Below are positions 21,170-31,373 of a DNA stretch of 64,000 nt, in pieces. Within the stretch, counting starts at the first letter, position 1. Every line of letters starts with the position of its first letter. The DNA lies in assembly GCA_008690995.1 (NCBI GenBank), contig VRMN01000004.1, positions 806,001-870,000 of the forward strand, read 5' to 3'. Source of the stretch: Porphyridium purpureum. Its lineage: Eukaryota. Made by a program: the position numbers and the translations under genes. The notes below the pieces were generated by a model. The model made no database searches. It had not been told where the DNA came from and worked only from the letters and a program-made list of their open reading frames with translations.

Positions 21170-22699
21170 TCAGGCAATTGGAGCGTATCCATCGGCTCGC
21201 GCACGCCGATTGAGCAGGATGTAGACTGTGAGTGCGGCGCCCACGCCAATAACCGCGTTGAGAGCTCCGACGCCAACCAGCTGAACCCACGAAAGCAGCG
21301 TCAGCTTCGAGTTCGCGGCGGGCTGTGATTGTGGAGGAGCCTGCCCGAACGGAATGAAGTCGCCAGTGCCATCGCGCATGACTTTGCAAGCTGTGTCAAT
21401 GTCCTTGGGTACCGTATGCTCTACAAAAGCCATAAATTCGTCCAAACGGCAGCTCGAGTTCCTTGCTGGGCAGAACGCACCACCCTCTGGAGTCGTGGGC
21501 CGTGTACAATCGCCGCTCAGCACCTGCACATTGTAGTTACGGCCATCCTGACGCAGCTCAAACACGAGGTGCGACATGTACGGCACAATGCCTTCCACAG
21601 TGATATCCATCCCGAGTGCAGCGCGAAGATCAAGGATTGTCGTATCGTGACCAACCATGAGGACAAAGCGGCGTGGACAGTACCCGCTTTCGTCCGAGTC
21701 GTTACCCTTTTCATTACATTCGAGGTGCAGCCGCTCAACCACATAGTCTGCACCCATGTCTAGTTCGCGCACGACACTGAGCCTGCGTGAAATGCCGCGC
21801 AGCAGACGTCCACCAACAAGGTAACCCAGCCCCGTATTGTTCCACTTAGCGATCATGAAAGCGTTCGTAACTTCCTCTACGGCTTTGTCAAAGCGCGTCA
21901 CATTAGATGGCTGAGACACGTCGTGCGCGCGCTGGCACACCCGGACATCACGCACAGCTGTGATCAGCTTGATGAGATCGCCCGGTTCCATGGTGTCTAC
22001 CTGTGCGACCGACACGCCTGTGAGGGCGGGCAACGCCCGAATCAGAGGCTCATTCTCTTGAAGCACATTCGTCATGAAGGGCTCGTTGATGGCCGTTTGA
22101 CCGTGTTTCTTGAATTTCGGACAGTGTGCACTTGCTGAGCCGTCCAACAAAGCGTCCAGCTTGTACGTCACCGTATGAACAGGAATCAATTCCAGGCGCC
22201 CTGGAACTCCATCCTTGGGGCCCGTGCCGTGTGGATACAGCCCATTCAGGATCGCCATTGCGGTAACAATTGTGCGATCAACGTCCGTGCTCCTGGCATG
22301 CGTTTCGACATGGTCGTAGCGGTCGTCCAAAATGCGATTGTTTGATGCACCCTCTACGTAACGACTGCGCAGAAACGAGCCCAGATGGTATGCCTGCTTC
22401 ATACCCAGCGGCGTGAGCTGCCCGTAGTCCACCGGCCATTTCGACGTGTCGATTGGAAACTTATTCAAAAAGGTGCGCCGATCGCCCGCCGCGTACGCCG
22501 GCGCGTTCATCTGCGGGCTCCGATCACCATGCCGCGATACGACCAGCGAAGCAATAAGCTTTCCTGGCGCCTGGTACGACTTGGACTTTGACGACGCCGT
22601 GGCCTCAGCCATTGACGTTCCGAAAATGATCGCCACCCATCCCATGAGCAAAAGCAAAGGGACCGTACCAATGACGCATCGCCAAGCACATTTTGCCAT
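21170..22699 (-). CDS. Histidine acid phosphatase (lysosomal/secretory type)
   Basis: RHGDRSP, GQLTPLG, RSTDVDRT and GHDTT, with an N-terminal signal/TM and a C-terminal TM plus YxxI. Confidence 0.92.
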   Translation of the reverse strand: MAKCAWRCVIGTVPLLLLMGWVAIIFGTSMAEATASSKSKSYQAPGKLIASLVVSRHGDRSPQMNAPAYAAGDRRTFLNKFPIDTSKWPVDYGQLTPLGMKQAYHLGSFLRSRYVEGASNNRILDDRYDHVETHARSTDVDRTIVTAMAILNGLYPHGTGPKDGVPGRLELIPVHTVTYKLDALLDGSASAHCPKFKKHGQTAINEPFMTNVLQENEPLIRALPALTGVSVAQVDTMEPGDLIKLITAVRDVRVCQRAHDVSQPSNVTRFDKAVEEVTNAFMIAKWNNTGLGYLVGGRLLRGISRRLSVVRELDMGADYVVERLHLECNEKGNDSDESGYCPRRFVLMVGHDTTILDLRAALGMDITVEGIVPYMSHLVFELRQDGRNYNVQVLSGDCTRPTTPEGGAFCPARNSSCRLDEFMAFVEHTVPKDIDTACKVMRDGTGDFIPFGQAPPQSQPAANSKLTLLSWVQLVGVGALNAVIGVGAALTVYILLNRRARADGYAPIA

Positions 22700-22856
22700 T
22701 GTGCCGTGACCACAGCGGCCGCTTGAGCGACTGAAGAACAATACTCACCAGCCTTTCGGTCGATATCTCGCACGCCGTGCCACGCCTTTCGCCTTCTCGT
22801 TGCCGACGGCGAGCGCCGACGATTTTGAGAGATTCAGATTCTCGTGTTTGACGCCG

Positions 22857-24695
22857 ATGCCGTGCGAGTTGTCGTGTGCGGCGCTCGCGCAGCGCGTGTC
22901 ATGGATGCAATGGAGACTAGCTCTAGCGCTCTTTCTGCTGGCGCTACTAGCGTATCGCACTGTCGTGACCACGTGGAGGTGGACACACATGGGCGATGAC
23001 GTTAGTGGCGTGCATGTGTCGCAGGCTTTGTGGCCTGGATCTGCACCTGCATTGGAACAAGCGAGCTCGCGGGCAACGGTACCTGGTGGGCGCTCTCAAA
23101 ACTCAGCTGCGTCCAGGTATACAGCGCTCTTTAACCGCGAATGCGAATCGGGTTACGCGTTGAACGACAAGTACGATGACTCCAAGCACAACGAGCTTCA
23201 GTCCAAAATGTGGGCTCCGTCCGTGATTAACCAGTGTGAAAGCGAGTGGATGCCGCCTGAATGGGCGCCATGCGTTGCTTCGACTTCTCGCGAACACCAG
23301 AGCGTCTATGGAGAACAACTGCTCTTTCCCGACTTTGAGCTGCGCATGCCCGTTTGGATGCGAAAGTCGCAAAAGTTCTTGTGGTTGGATCTCGTGCGCA
23401 GGGGATACGCGATGACCAGCCGTGGTCTTCCCGTGCTGAATCTCCAGCCGCGCACGCACACTGTTCTGTATGAAGGACTGGACGAAGCGCAGAATTTTGT
23501 CGTTCGAAATGGTGCTCTGCCAGCGAGCACCGAGCCATTCGCTTGGTGCTTGAATGAGGAGAAGCTCGGCGCCATACGCACACACGAAATACATTCTGGG
23601 ACGCCCAGTGGCGGCGTTGGCCAAAATGGTGCGTCGTCGGCTGCCTTGATGGTGCTCTTGACTCATTTTGAATCATCCGGGAGCACGCGTTCACCGTGCT
23701 TACGAGAAGCAATTCCGTCCTTTGGTCATGTATTGGTACAGGCTGCTCATTTGTGGCAGACTCACGACCATGATGACGTGCATCTGGCGTTGAAGCATGT
23801 TCGGAACACCACGCGTGAAGTTGCGGCGCTTTTGTTGCGTCTGGGATTTAAGTCCGAACAAATCATTGAGTATGAACCGAGCAATCGAGTCGCTTCGGAT
23901 GTACTCATGAGCTGTACTGGCGTCCGAGTGCATCCTTTTTTCATCTATCGTTTGCGTGAACTACTCGGTTTCGACGCTGCGGACAGCCTACGAGACCAAT
24001 CAAGTCGCGCGACGACCGTTCTATATTCACGTTCCCATGCGACGCTGATAGAAAATGAAGCGGCCTTATTGGATACAATTCGCGCTATACTTCTTACGCG
24101 GAGACAAGGCGAGACGCTTCTCGAGTTGAGCCACGCCCTCCACGAGGACGACACAGAGTGTGCCTCGTTCGAGGAATGTCAGAAGATGGTGGCGAATGCC
24201 AAGCTCATGATTGGCGCGTCCAGTGGAAATGCCGTCGAAAGCACACTTCTGGACTACCATGTGTTTGCTCCGCGGGGCGCAGCTGTTGTAGAGCTTTTCG
24301 CTTCGAAGGATGCATCCTTCAGCACGCACATCTTTGAAAGCAGTACCATTCTGGAACAGATGTACTTTCCTCTGATTTACGAGGGCACGCTGGCAAACAA
24401 GTCCGCATCCGGAGCTGCCTCGGAAGACACGTACCGCATTTCTGTGAATGTTGAGGAGCTCGCGGAGGTGATCCAGTTCAGCCTTCGGCAGTATGACATG
24501 GGCGCGAGCACGGACCGTGCCGCGCGCGCGGAAGGAGGCAACGAGATCGAAATGAAGTACGGCCCTGCTGTGCGCCTGCACTACGACATGCCGTTTGACG
24601 AGCAGACGCGCCGCATCGCACAGCTCAACCCAGACAAGCGCCTGCTCCAACTGTCCACGGAAGACCGCGCCATCCTCAGCGTTTTGCACTTGTGA
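22857..24695 (+). CDS. Putative GT61/DUF563 glycosyltransferase-like type II membrane protein
   Basis: N-terminal TM, FGHVL, YSR..IENEAALL, AKLMIGA and FAPRGAAVVELF. The usual HGA motif is degenerate. Confidence 0.55.
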   Translation: MPCELSCAALAQRVSWMQWRLALALFLLALLAYRTVVTTWRWTHMGDDVSGVHVSQALWPGSAPALEQASSRATVPGGRSQNSAASRYTALFNRECESGYALNDKYDDSKHNELQSKMWAPSVINQCESEWMPPEWAPCVASTSREHQSVYGEQLLFPDFELRMPVWMRKSQKFLWLDLVRRGYAMTSRGLPVLNLQPRTHTVLYEGLDEAQNFVVRNGALPASTEPFAWCLNEEKLGAIRTHEIHSGTPSGGVGQNGASSAALMVLLTHFESSGSTRSPCLREAIPSFGHVLVQAAHLWQTHDHDDVHLALKHVRNTTREVAALLLRLGFKSEQIIEYEPSNRVASDVLMSCTGVRVHPFFIYRLRELLGFDAADSLRDQSSRATTVLYSRSHATLIENEAALLDTIRAILLTRRQGETLLELSHALHEDDTECASFEECQKMVANAKLMIGASSGNAVESTLLDYHVFAPRGAAVVELFASKDASFSTHIFESSTILEQMYFPLIYEGTLANKSASGAASEDTYRISVNVEELAEVIQFSLRQYDMGASTDRAARAEGGNEIEMKYGPAVRLHYDMPFDEQTRRIAQLNPDKRLLQLSTEDRAILSVLHL

Positions 24696-25018
24696 GTTGG
24701 ACGCGCTGTCATCCCAAACGCCCATCCTCATGACATTTCTCACGTAATGATGCCTTTTCCATCTAATAATGACATATGAGTATAAAGATGTCATATACGC
24801 GCTGTGTTGATGACATATTCATTATAGGATGACGTCGTCGCAGTTCAGAGATGACAACACCAAATAGTATGAGTAGAAAGGGTCAATTTATGATTTTTAT
24901 GTGTGAGTGGGAAGATGCGGAAGCGCAAAGGACGAGGAAGTTTTCGTGGGTGGTTGTTGGTGTGTGTGACGGGGGGCAGGGAGGAAGAGAGGGACGTGCA
25001 CGAGGAACGCAAGGTAGA

Positions 25019-25552
25019 ATGGCGCATGCGATGCGTATGATGCGGCAAGGGATGTCGGGGATGCGAGTGATGGCGGCGGCGAGCGCGTCGCATGCTTCGC
25101 GCCCGGCCGTGGCGCGCCGGATGTTTGCGGATGACGCCACGGCGCCAGCTGGCAAGCTGCTACTGAACTTTGTCGTGCCGGATAAGGCGATCAAGAGCAA
25201 GGCGCACGTCGATATGGTCGTCGTGCCCGCCACGCGTGGTGAGATGGGTATCTTGTCGGACCACGTGCCTACCGTCGCGCAGCTGCAGCCGGGCGTCGTC
25301 GCTGTGCATTCCGGATCCGAGATCGAGAAGTACTTTATCAGCTCCGGCTTTGCGTTCGTCAACCCGAATAGTACTGACGTGTGTGCTGTTTCAGCTGTGT
25401 CCATCAGTGATATTGATCCCGAGGAGGTGAAGAGAGGGCTCGCAGAGGCGGAGGCCTCGATGAGCGCGGCGTCTGATGAATTGGCACGCGCTGAAGCCCA
25501 AATCGGCATCGACGTGTTCACCGCCATGAGGGACGCTGCGGCGGCCAAGTAA
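25019..25552 (+). CDS. ATP5F1D: Mitochondrial ATP synthase F1 delta subunit
   Basis: GEMGILSDHVPTVAQLQPGVV, KYFISSGFA, ARAEAQIGIDV, and a presequence. Confidence 0.95.
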   Translation: MAHAMRMMRQGMSGMRVMAAASASHASRPAVARRMFADDATAPAGKLLLNFVVPDKAIKSKAHVDMVVVPATRGEMGILSDHVPTVAQLQPGVVAVHSGSEIEKYFISSGFAFVNPNSTDVCAVSAVSISDIDPEEVKRGLAEAEASMSAASDELARAEAQIGIDVFTAMRDAAAAK

Positions 25553-25743
25553 GCCATATCGCCCCTGAGCCCCCTTTTTTTAAGAAAATGAACTAGCAAC
25601 GGCGCCAAAAGACAGAAATGTAGGGGACACGACCTCGCGCTCACATGCCCGCGCCTTGGTGCCGTGCGCGCATCAGTTTAGTCCTCGGTTATTAAAGAAT
25701 CGCCGCTTTTTTATTACACTACTCTGACTCCCGAGCGCTCGGG

Positions 25744-27141
25744 CTACATGTCTTTCAAGAGGTGACGAATGACATTCGACAGTTCCTCTCGCGGCGTCTC
25801 TGACTGTGACTCTGCCGCCAAGTTCTTGAGCTGAACGATCCCGTTTTCGAGCTCTGTCTCACCAAAAATCGCAACCAGCGGAATGCCGCTCTCCAGGGCG
25901 TACGCGAGCTGCTTTGGCATTTTCGGATTTTCCGCGTAGCTGAATTCCGCAGCGATACCAGCAGCCCACAGCTCCGAAGCCAGCGCCATCCGGGCGCAAA
26001 TCATGTTGTCTCCTTTCCCAATGGACGCCACAAGCACCTGCGTCTTTGACGAGCGAATGACGCGGTTTTCAGACTTTGCTAGCTCTTCCTCGGCTTTTTC
26101 CATGATTGCCATGACCCGCTCTATGCCGAGCGAACAGCCCACGCACTTGACTTGTCTGTTGGAAAACATGCCAACGAGGTTGTCGTACCGACCGCCTGCG
26201 GCAATGGAGCCCAAAGCAGTTTTACCGTCTGTGAGAACCACTTCAAAGATCACGCCCGTATAGTAATCAAGCCCACGAGCAAGCGACAGATCAAAGGAAA
26301 GCCGATTCGTCACTGATTCGCCCATCGCATCGCAAAACATAAAGAGCCTTTCCATATCATCAAGCGCGGCCTTTGCGGAAGCATCTTCAACGAGCGCAGC
26401 GTCCGACCGCAACTTGTCCAAGACAACTTTCGGCTCACCCAGCACAGTCACGTACGTCCCGATGCGGTCTGCCGACGCCTCGGACAGTCCCTTGGTTTGG
26501 ACCATTTCCTTGCGTACATTTTCCCACGACTCTTTGTCGAGCTTATCGACAGCGGAGCTAATGGCACGGAGCTTTTCTTGCGGCACGCCACACACAGTAA
26601 AGATGCCGTCCAGAATGCCGCGATGGTTGATTTTGATCTTGTAGTTGCCTAGACTCTGCGCGTGGAACGAGGAGATCGACGCCAGAGTGTCTAACAGCTC
26701 GGTAAGCACCTTGAGCACCTCGGAGTCAGGCACCATTGAGGGATAGTCACCAGCCACGTCGTAGTCACACTGATAGAACTCGCGAAACCGACCTCGCTGG
26801 ACAGAAGGCTGATCGCGTCGATACACTCTTGAGATGTGGTAGCGCTTGAGTTGGCTGATCTTGTTAAGCGCCAGGTATCGAGCAAAGGGCACGGTCAGGT
26901 CGTACCGGAGCGACAAGAGCTCGCCGCCCTGATCGGCAATGTCGTAGATAAGCTTTGAGTCCTCGCCGTACTGATCGACCAACGTTTCCTTCAGCTCAAA
27001 CACCGGCGTGTCAATCGTGACCGCGCCATGTTTCTCAAACACGTTCGACACGATCCGAAACGCCTTTTCGCGAATCACCATCTGCTGCGGCCCAAAATCA
27101 CGAGTGCCCTTGGCCACTTTGGGCGTCACACGCCGCGACAT
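25744..27141 (-). CDS. HARS: Histidyl-tRNA synthetase (eukaryotic type); in-frame upstream ATGs at 27351 and 27501
   Basis: KGTRDF, LSLRYDLTVPFARY, GRFREFYQCD, LARGLDYYTG, AAGGRYD and GIER. Confidence 0.96.
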   Translation of the reverse strand: MSRRVTPKVAKGTRDFGPQQMVIREKAFRIVSNVFEKHGAVTIDTPVFELKETLVDQYGEDSKLIYDIADQGGELLSLRYDLTVPFARYLALNKISQLKRYHISRVYRRDQPSVQRGRFREFYQCDYDVAGDYPSMVPDSEVLKVLTELLDTLASISSFHAQSLGNYKIKINHRGILDGIFTVCGVPQEKLRAISSAVDKLDKESWENVRKEMVQTKGLSEASADRIGTYVTVLGEPKVVLDKLRSDAALVEDASAKAALDDMERLFMFCDAMGESVTNRLSFDLSLARGLDYYTGVIFEVVLTDGKTALGSIAAGGRYDNLVGMFSNRQVKCVGCSLGIERVMAIMEKAEEELAKSENRVIRSSKTQVLVASIGKGDNMICARMALASELWAAGIAAEFSYAENPKMPKQLAYALESGIPLVAIFGETELENGIVQLKNLAAESQSETPREELSNVIRHLLKDM

Positions 27142-27523
27142 ATTGCTATCGGCCCAACCAGCCACGGCTTGGTCACTTGCTGTTCGAATCGCGATCGAGC
27201 CCAGCCGTGTCTTGCGAGAATGCGCCACGGGTGCGCTTTTCCCGCCAATCACGCGCACGGCACGCAGTGCGTCGTGCAGGCCGCACCCAGTCGTGAAGAT
27301 CGACCCGACCGTGCTGCTGCTGAGTCCTACCGCGCGCACACACACTCGCATGCGATCCTCATCAATAATCGCGCTCCTGGACCGTGAACACCATCGAACA
27401 AGACGGCGGTGGCCAGGGGGCTGTGCGCCGCAGGAGCAGAAATTAAGTTGCGACAGCCGACGGGGCGCCGGCGACGGAGCGAGAGTGGCGAAGCAAGCCA
27501 TACAGGTTGCAGGGTACCACAAG

Positions 27524-28594
27524 ATGGCGATGAAGACTGAGCTGCTGGTACTGATTCTCAGCGCCGGGATGACCGCAGCAGAGCTGGCAGCAACGATAGA
27601 GAAGCTAAAGCAGTCGTCAAAGTCGATTGGAACGCACAAGCGGCGGCAATTGTACTGGGATGCGTACACAAAGATGAGCAGCAAGGCTTCGTCGAGCGTC
27701 GCGGATGGAGCGTATGTGTTTCTCAAGTACTCTGCGCCAGTCACCGCAGCAGAAGGCGGCGGCGGAGACGGCGACGCGGTTGGCTCATCCTCTGCATCCT
27801 CTCAGGACGATGGCAAAGTCGAACTGGCGGAGCTCACAAAACGGCAGAAAGGCATGATCCAGAGCGGTTCTATTGAAATTCTCGGCCGCGCTCTGAAACC
27901 ACCCGAAGACCCTGCCAGCAAGGGCTGGTGTGTGGCCTTTAGTGAGGAAGGCGCACAGATTGCGTGGGATGATCTGATGAGCGGGGAACCAGCGATTTAC
28001 ATCACTCCTGAAGCTGTGTGGGTGGGTACAAGGCATAAGCGAGCGCTGTGCAAAAATACCGGCGCGCCGCTCAAGACCGTAAAGGATGTTGAGAAATTCG
28101 TGGCAGAGCTGAAGCCTGAGAATCCACTTCGCTCGGTCTCGTTCGCCGGCAACGAGCCCCCTTCCGTGAATGACTACAACGTCATGCTTGCGGGTACGTT
28201 CAAGCTCGACGGCCCGCTGCCACCGAGCATCGGGCTTGTAAACACAACTAGCACCTCAGAAATCTACGATTACTTTTTGGACCGGAAGAACGAGGCGCTG
28301 ATCAGTGAGGCCAACAAGATGCTCGGACAAATGCTGGCGGACACGAACAAGGGTCTGACGCCGTTGATCAGTGCGTCTAGTACAAAAGAGGCCGCAGTGG
28401 CGTACAAGAGCGCGCTCATGAAAAAGGTATTTGTGCATGAGAGTATGAAAAAGTTCATCAACAAGGCCCGCGAGGACGGTTCGGTGGAGCTCTGCGTGAT
28501 CCGTGGCGACATGGCCAAGACTGGTGAGTTCGGGCAGTACGGTGGGATTGTATTTGAAATGTTTTATCGTGTTGATCTTTCCACTATGACATAA
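27524..28594 (+). CDS. Divergent eRF1-like protein lacking NIKS and GGQ (356 aa)
   Basis: N-terminal TELLVLIL..SSKSIGTHKRR resembles eRF1 TSMISLII..TASNIKSRVNR. C-terminal GEFGQYGGIVFEMFYRVDL resembles eRF1 [21 protein letters not shown]. Confidence 0.55.
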   Translation: MAMKTELLVLILSAGMTAAELAATIEKLKQSSKSIGTHKRRQLYWDAYTKMSSKASSSVADGAYVFLKYSAPVTAAEGGGGDGDAVGSSSASSQDDGKVELAELTKRQKGMIQSGSIEILGRALKPPEDPASKGWCVAFSEEGAQIAWDDLMSGEPAIYITPEAVWVGTRHKRALCKNTGAPLKTVKDVEKFVAELKPENPLRSVSFAGNEPPSVNDYNVMLAGTFKLDGPLPPSIGLVNTTSTSEIYDYFLDRKNEALISEANKMLGQMLADTNKGLTPLISASSTKEAAVAYKSALMKKVFVHESMKKFINKAREDGSVELCVIRGDMAKTGEFGQYGGIVFEMFYRVDLSTMT

Positions 28595-29478
28595 GACCTT
28601 GCATTCGCTCAATTGGTCGCAACTTGAGTGGAAGCCCAAATCATGCCACGAGCTTGGTCGCTTTGCCAATGTGGCGCGCAGCGGGCAAAGATGATTTAGA
28701 ATCTATTTTCGTTTCTGTGAGCCGGGTGCGAGAGCGAGAAAGTGCAAGTTCATTCGGAATCAGTGCCGCAGCGCACTATTGTATACAGTCTAGCAGTATC
28801 TCAGGCTTGGTTCTGACGTACACTATCATCTCTCATTTTACTCGCCGCACTTCCAGCCCATGATTACGTAGTCGCAAGCCGCATGATGGACGCAAAAGTT
28901 CCTTTTGCCCTGGTTGGACGAAATCGCTTTGGCAAGTTGGTCGCGCCATGGTAGTGAACGTGGATAGTTTAAACCGGCAGAAGGTTGTCAAAACGACGGG
29001 TAGACTGACAAGACGTAGATATGCGTCATCGGACCTCGCACTGTGCTGCTTTCCACGTCGGCCAAGCCGAACACGTCATCGGTGATGCGCAGTCACCTCG
29101 CCATCGCCACCTGTAGGAGATCTTGTTTCCTGGGACTCGAGGATAAAGCATCAACTTCTTTATCCATCTCACGTAGCCGTGAGCCATGTCCAGCGCATCA
29201 CGAGTCGATGTCCGAACATGCGCGGCCTTCATGTCAAAGACGATGGAGCCCGTTTCTGGTCGAAGCTTGTTGGCTTTGAAAATTTAAACAGGCGTCAAGC
29301 GCGCCAGTCGGCCGTGTAGTTTGAAAGTGGATGCGCATTAGGAGCAAGAGACCTGCACCAGGCGGCGGCGGCAGCATGGCGACGCGGCATGTCAAGAGTA
29401 GCTTGACGCAAGCGACTCGAGCAGGCGTCATTGGATTTGAGTGGACTGCGCCGAGAAGACGCAGCAGCAAGACGAGAA

Positions 29479-31029
29479 ATGAATGACACGGAAGCGCAGC
29501 CCTTGCTGCGCCGGCAGCTGACCTCTAGTGTGGCCGAGTCTATTCACATGTACGTGCAGCTCGGAGTTGTGGCTATCTGCATGGCGTCGTCTGCAGCCTG
29601 CATTGGATCAGCCGCCGAATTGCTTCTCGATTGGCGGTTTGGCTTCTGCCGGTCTTCTCCGTGGCTGCTGAGCGAGTACTGTCCTACTGACTCGTACGTC
29701 AGATGGGAGGATGTCATTGTGTCTCAGGGAGGCGCCTTGCTGTGGCTGCGCGTTGTGTACTCCACCTTACTTGGATGTCTGGCAGCCTGCTTAGTCAAAG
29801 TATTCGCATCATCCGCGTCGGGCAGCGGAATTCCTGAGATAAAGGCACACATGAACGGGTTGGATGTCGGCGCACCAGAGACATTTGCGCCTCGGGTGCT
29901 CGCAATCAAGTCGGTCGCGCTCATCATGTCAGTCGGCTCAGGGCTAAGCCTCGGCTACGAAGGACCTTACATTCACATTGCAGTGTGCTGGGCGAACCTT
30001 GTGCAAAGGCTAAGCAAGCTGAAGCCCATGCCAATGTTGAAACGCTCATCAGCACTTAATACGCCATCTCTGGCCGCGTGTGCAGCTGGCAGTGCGTGCG
30101 CTGTCGCAGTCGCGTTTGCAGCACCGTTTGGCGCTTGCGTCTTTATTCTTGAAGAGTTCATCATCGAGCAGGGACACACCAGCTCGTCTGAGCTGCTCCA
30201 AATGGCATGGACAAGTGTAGTATCCGTTATGGTGCTCCATGTTCTGAAGTCGCGAGAGGCCGGTTCGATCATTTTGATGGCGCTTTCCGGCGAGCTTCAC
30301 TGGACATGGTTCGAACTGCCCCTCTTCCTCATCATCGGGTTTTCGTGTGGCACACTTGGCATTCTCTTCAAAACGTGCTACCTGGAGATTTATAGACTGC
30401 GAAGCGGCCAGCGTTGGTGGAAACATGCACCGATTCTCGAAGCGGGCCTCGTGTGTGTTGTGACAACTGTGTTCTCTTTCACGTTCCCTGTATCGGAAGT
30501 ACGCTTGAGCAGCTCTGATTTGCTGAAAGCGTTGTACGAGCCTTGCCAGTGGAGTAATCAGTTAGAATCAACTGTGCTCTGCCATGCGCCAGGTTTTGTG
30601 ACGTGGATTGGTTCTCTCTTTGCGATCCTCGTTCTGAAATTTGTTCTGTCAATTCTTGCCATTCCGTTGCGACTGCCAAGCGGAACTTTCATTCCATCCT
30701 TCTTTCTTGGTGCGACCGGGGGGCGATGCATAGCTGCGCTTACTTATTCGTTTGGATCCTTCATACATGTTCTGCCGGTCTGCGCACAAGAGAATCGATG
30801 CATCCAGCCGCATTTGTATGCGCTTCTGGGCAGTTGCAGCTTTCTGTCTGGCGTTACCAACGGATGGTTTAGCGTTGCACTCATTTCGGTGGAGCTGACT
30901 GGGAGCTTGCAACACAGTCTTCCGGTGCTGACATGCGTCATCGCTTCTAAACTGGCCTGCCGCGCGTTGGAGTCTACAAGCCTTTATGATGGCCTTATCG
31001 AGCAGAAGGGCTACGCAGCCGTAATGTGA
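29479..31029 (+). CDS. CLC-family Cl-/H+ transporter with no CBS domains in the ORF
   Basis: GSGIPE, GYEGP, FILEE, GTFIPS and SLYD; multiple TM helices. Confidence 0.9.
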   Translation: MNDTEAQPLLRRQLTSSVAESIHMYVQLGVVAICMASSAACIGSAAELLLDWRFGFCRSSPWLLSEYCPTDSYVRWEDVIVSQGGALLWLRVVYSTLLGCLAACLVKVFASSASGSGIPEIKAHMNGLDVGAPETFAPRVLAIKSVALIMSVGSGLSLGYEGPYIHIAVCWANLVQRLSKLKPMPMLKRSSALNTPSLAACAAGSACAVAVAFAAPFGACVFILEEFIIEQGHTSSSELLQMAWTSVVSVMVLHVLKSREAGSIILMALSGELHWTWFELPLFLIIGFSCGTLGILFKTCYLEIYRLRSGQRWWKHAPILEAGLVCVVTTVFSFTFPVSEVRLSSSDLLKALYEPCQWSNQLESTVLCHAPGFVTWIGSLFAILVLKFVLSILAIPLRLPSGTFIPSFFLGATGGRCIAALTYSFGSFIHVLPVCAQENRCIQPHLYALLGSCSFLSGVTNGWFSVALISVELTGSLQHSLPVLTCVIASKLACRALESTSLYDGLIEQKGYAAVM

Positions 31030-31373
31030 GGCTGAATCTGAGTCTGAATCTGGAAAGGAGCGCGAGTTTGAAAATACATTGTTTACAACAGTGCCGCTTG
31101 GATGTTGCACGAAAATTCAGAAGACCACGCGTACGGCTTCCGTGAAGATCTGTACAAGTTGAGTGAATATAGTGGAAGCGATTGAGCAATATTGGTAGGA
31201 GTTCCGCCGTCATTACATGTTCTGTGCCTGCCCTGCTTTCGTCGATTTCTAAAAACGCTAGTCAGAAAAGGATGGAAACTACGAATAAACTGCTGCGTAC
31301 CGAAACATACAGGACCTCAAATCGTGGACGCTTTGGGATCGCTTTCGTATGCAACACATCCCATGGGCAAGAG

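Noticed and set aside
27008..27744. Apparent 700-bp overlap of the HisRS and eRF1-like ORFs
   Set aside because: Arises from the ORF track's longest-start rule. With plausible ATGs (27501 or below, and 27524) the genes do not overlap.
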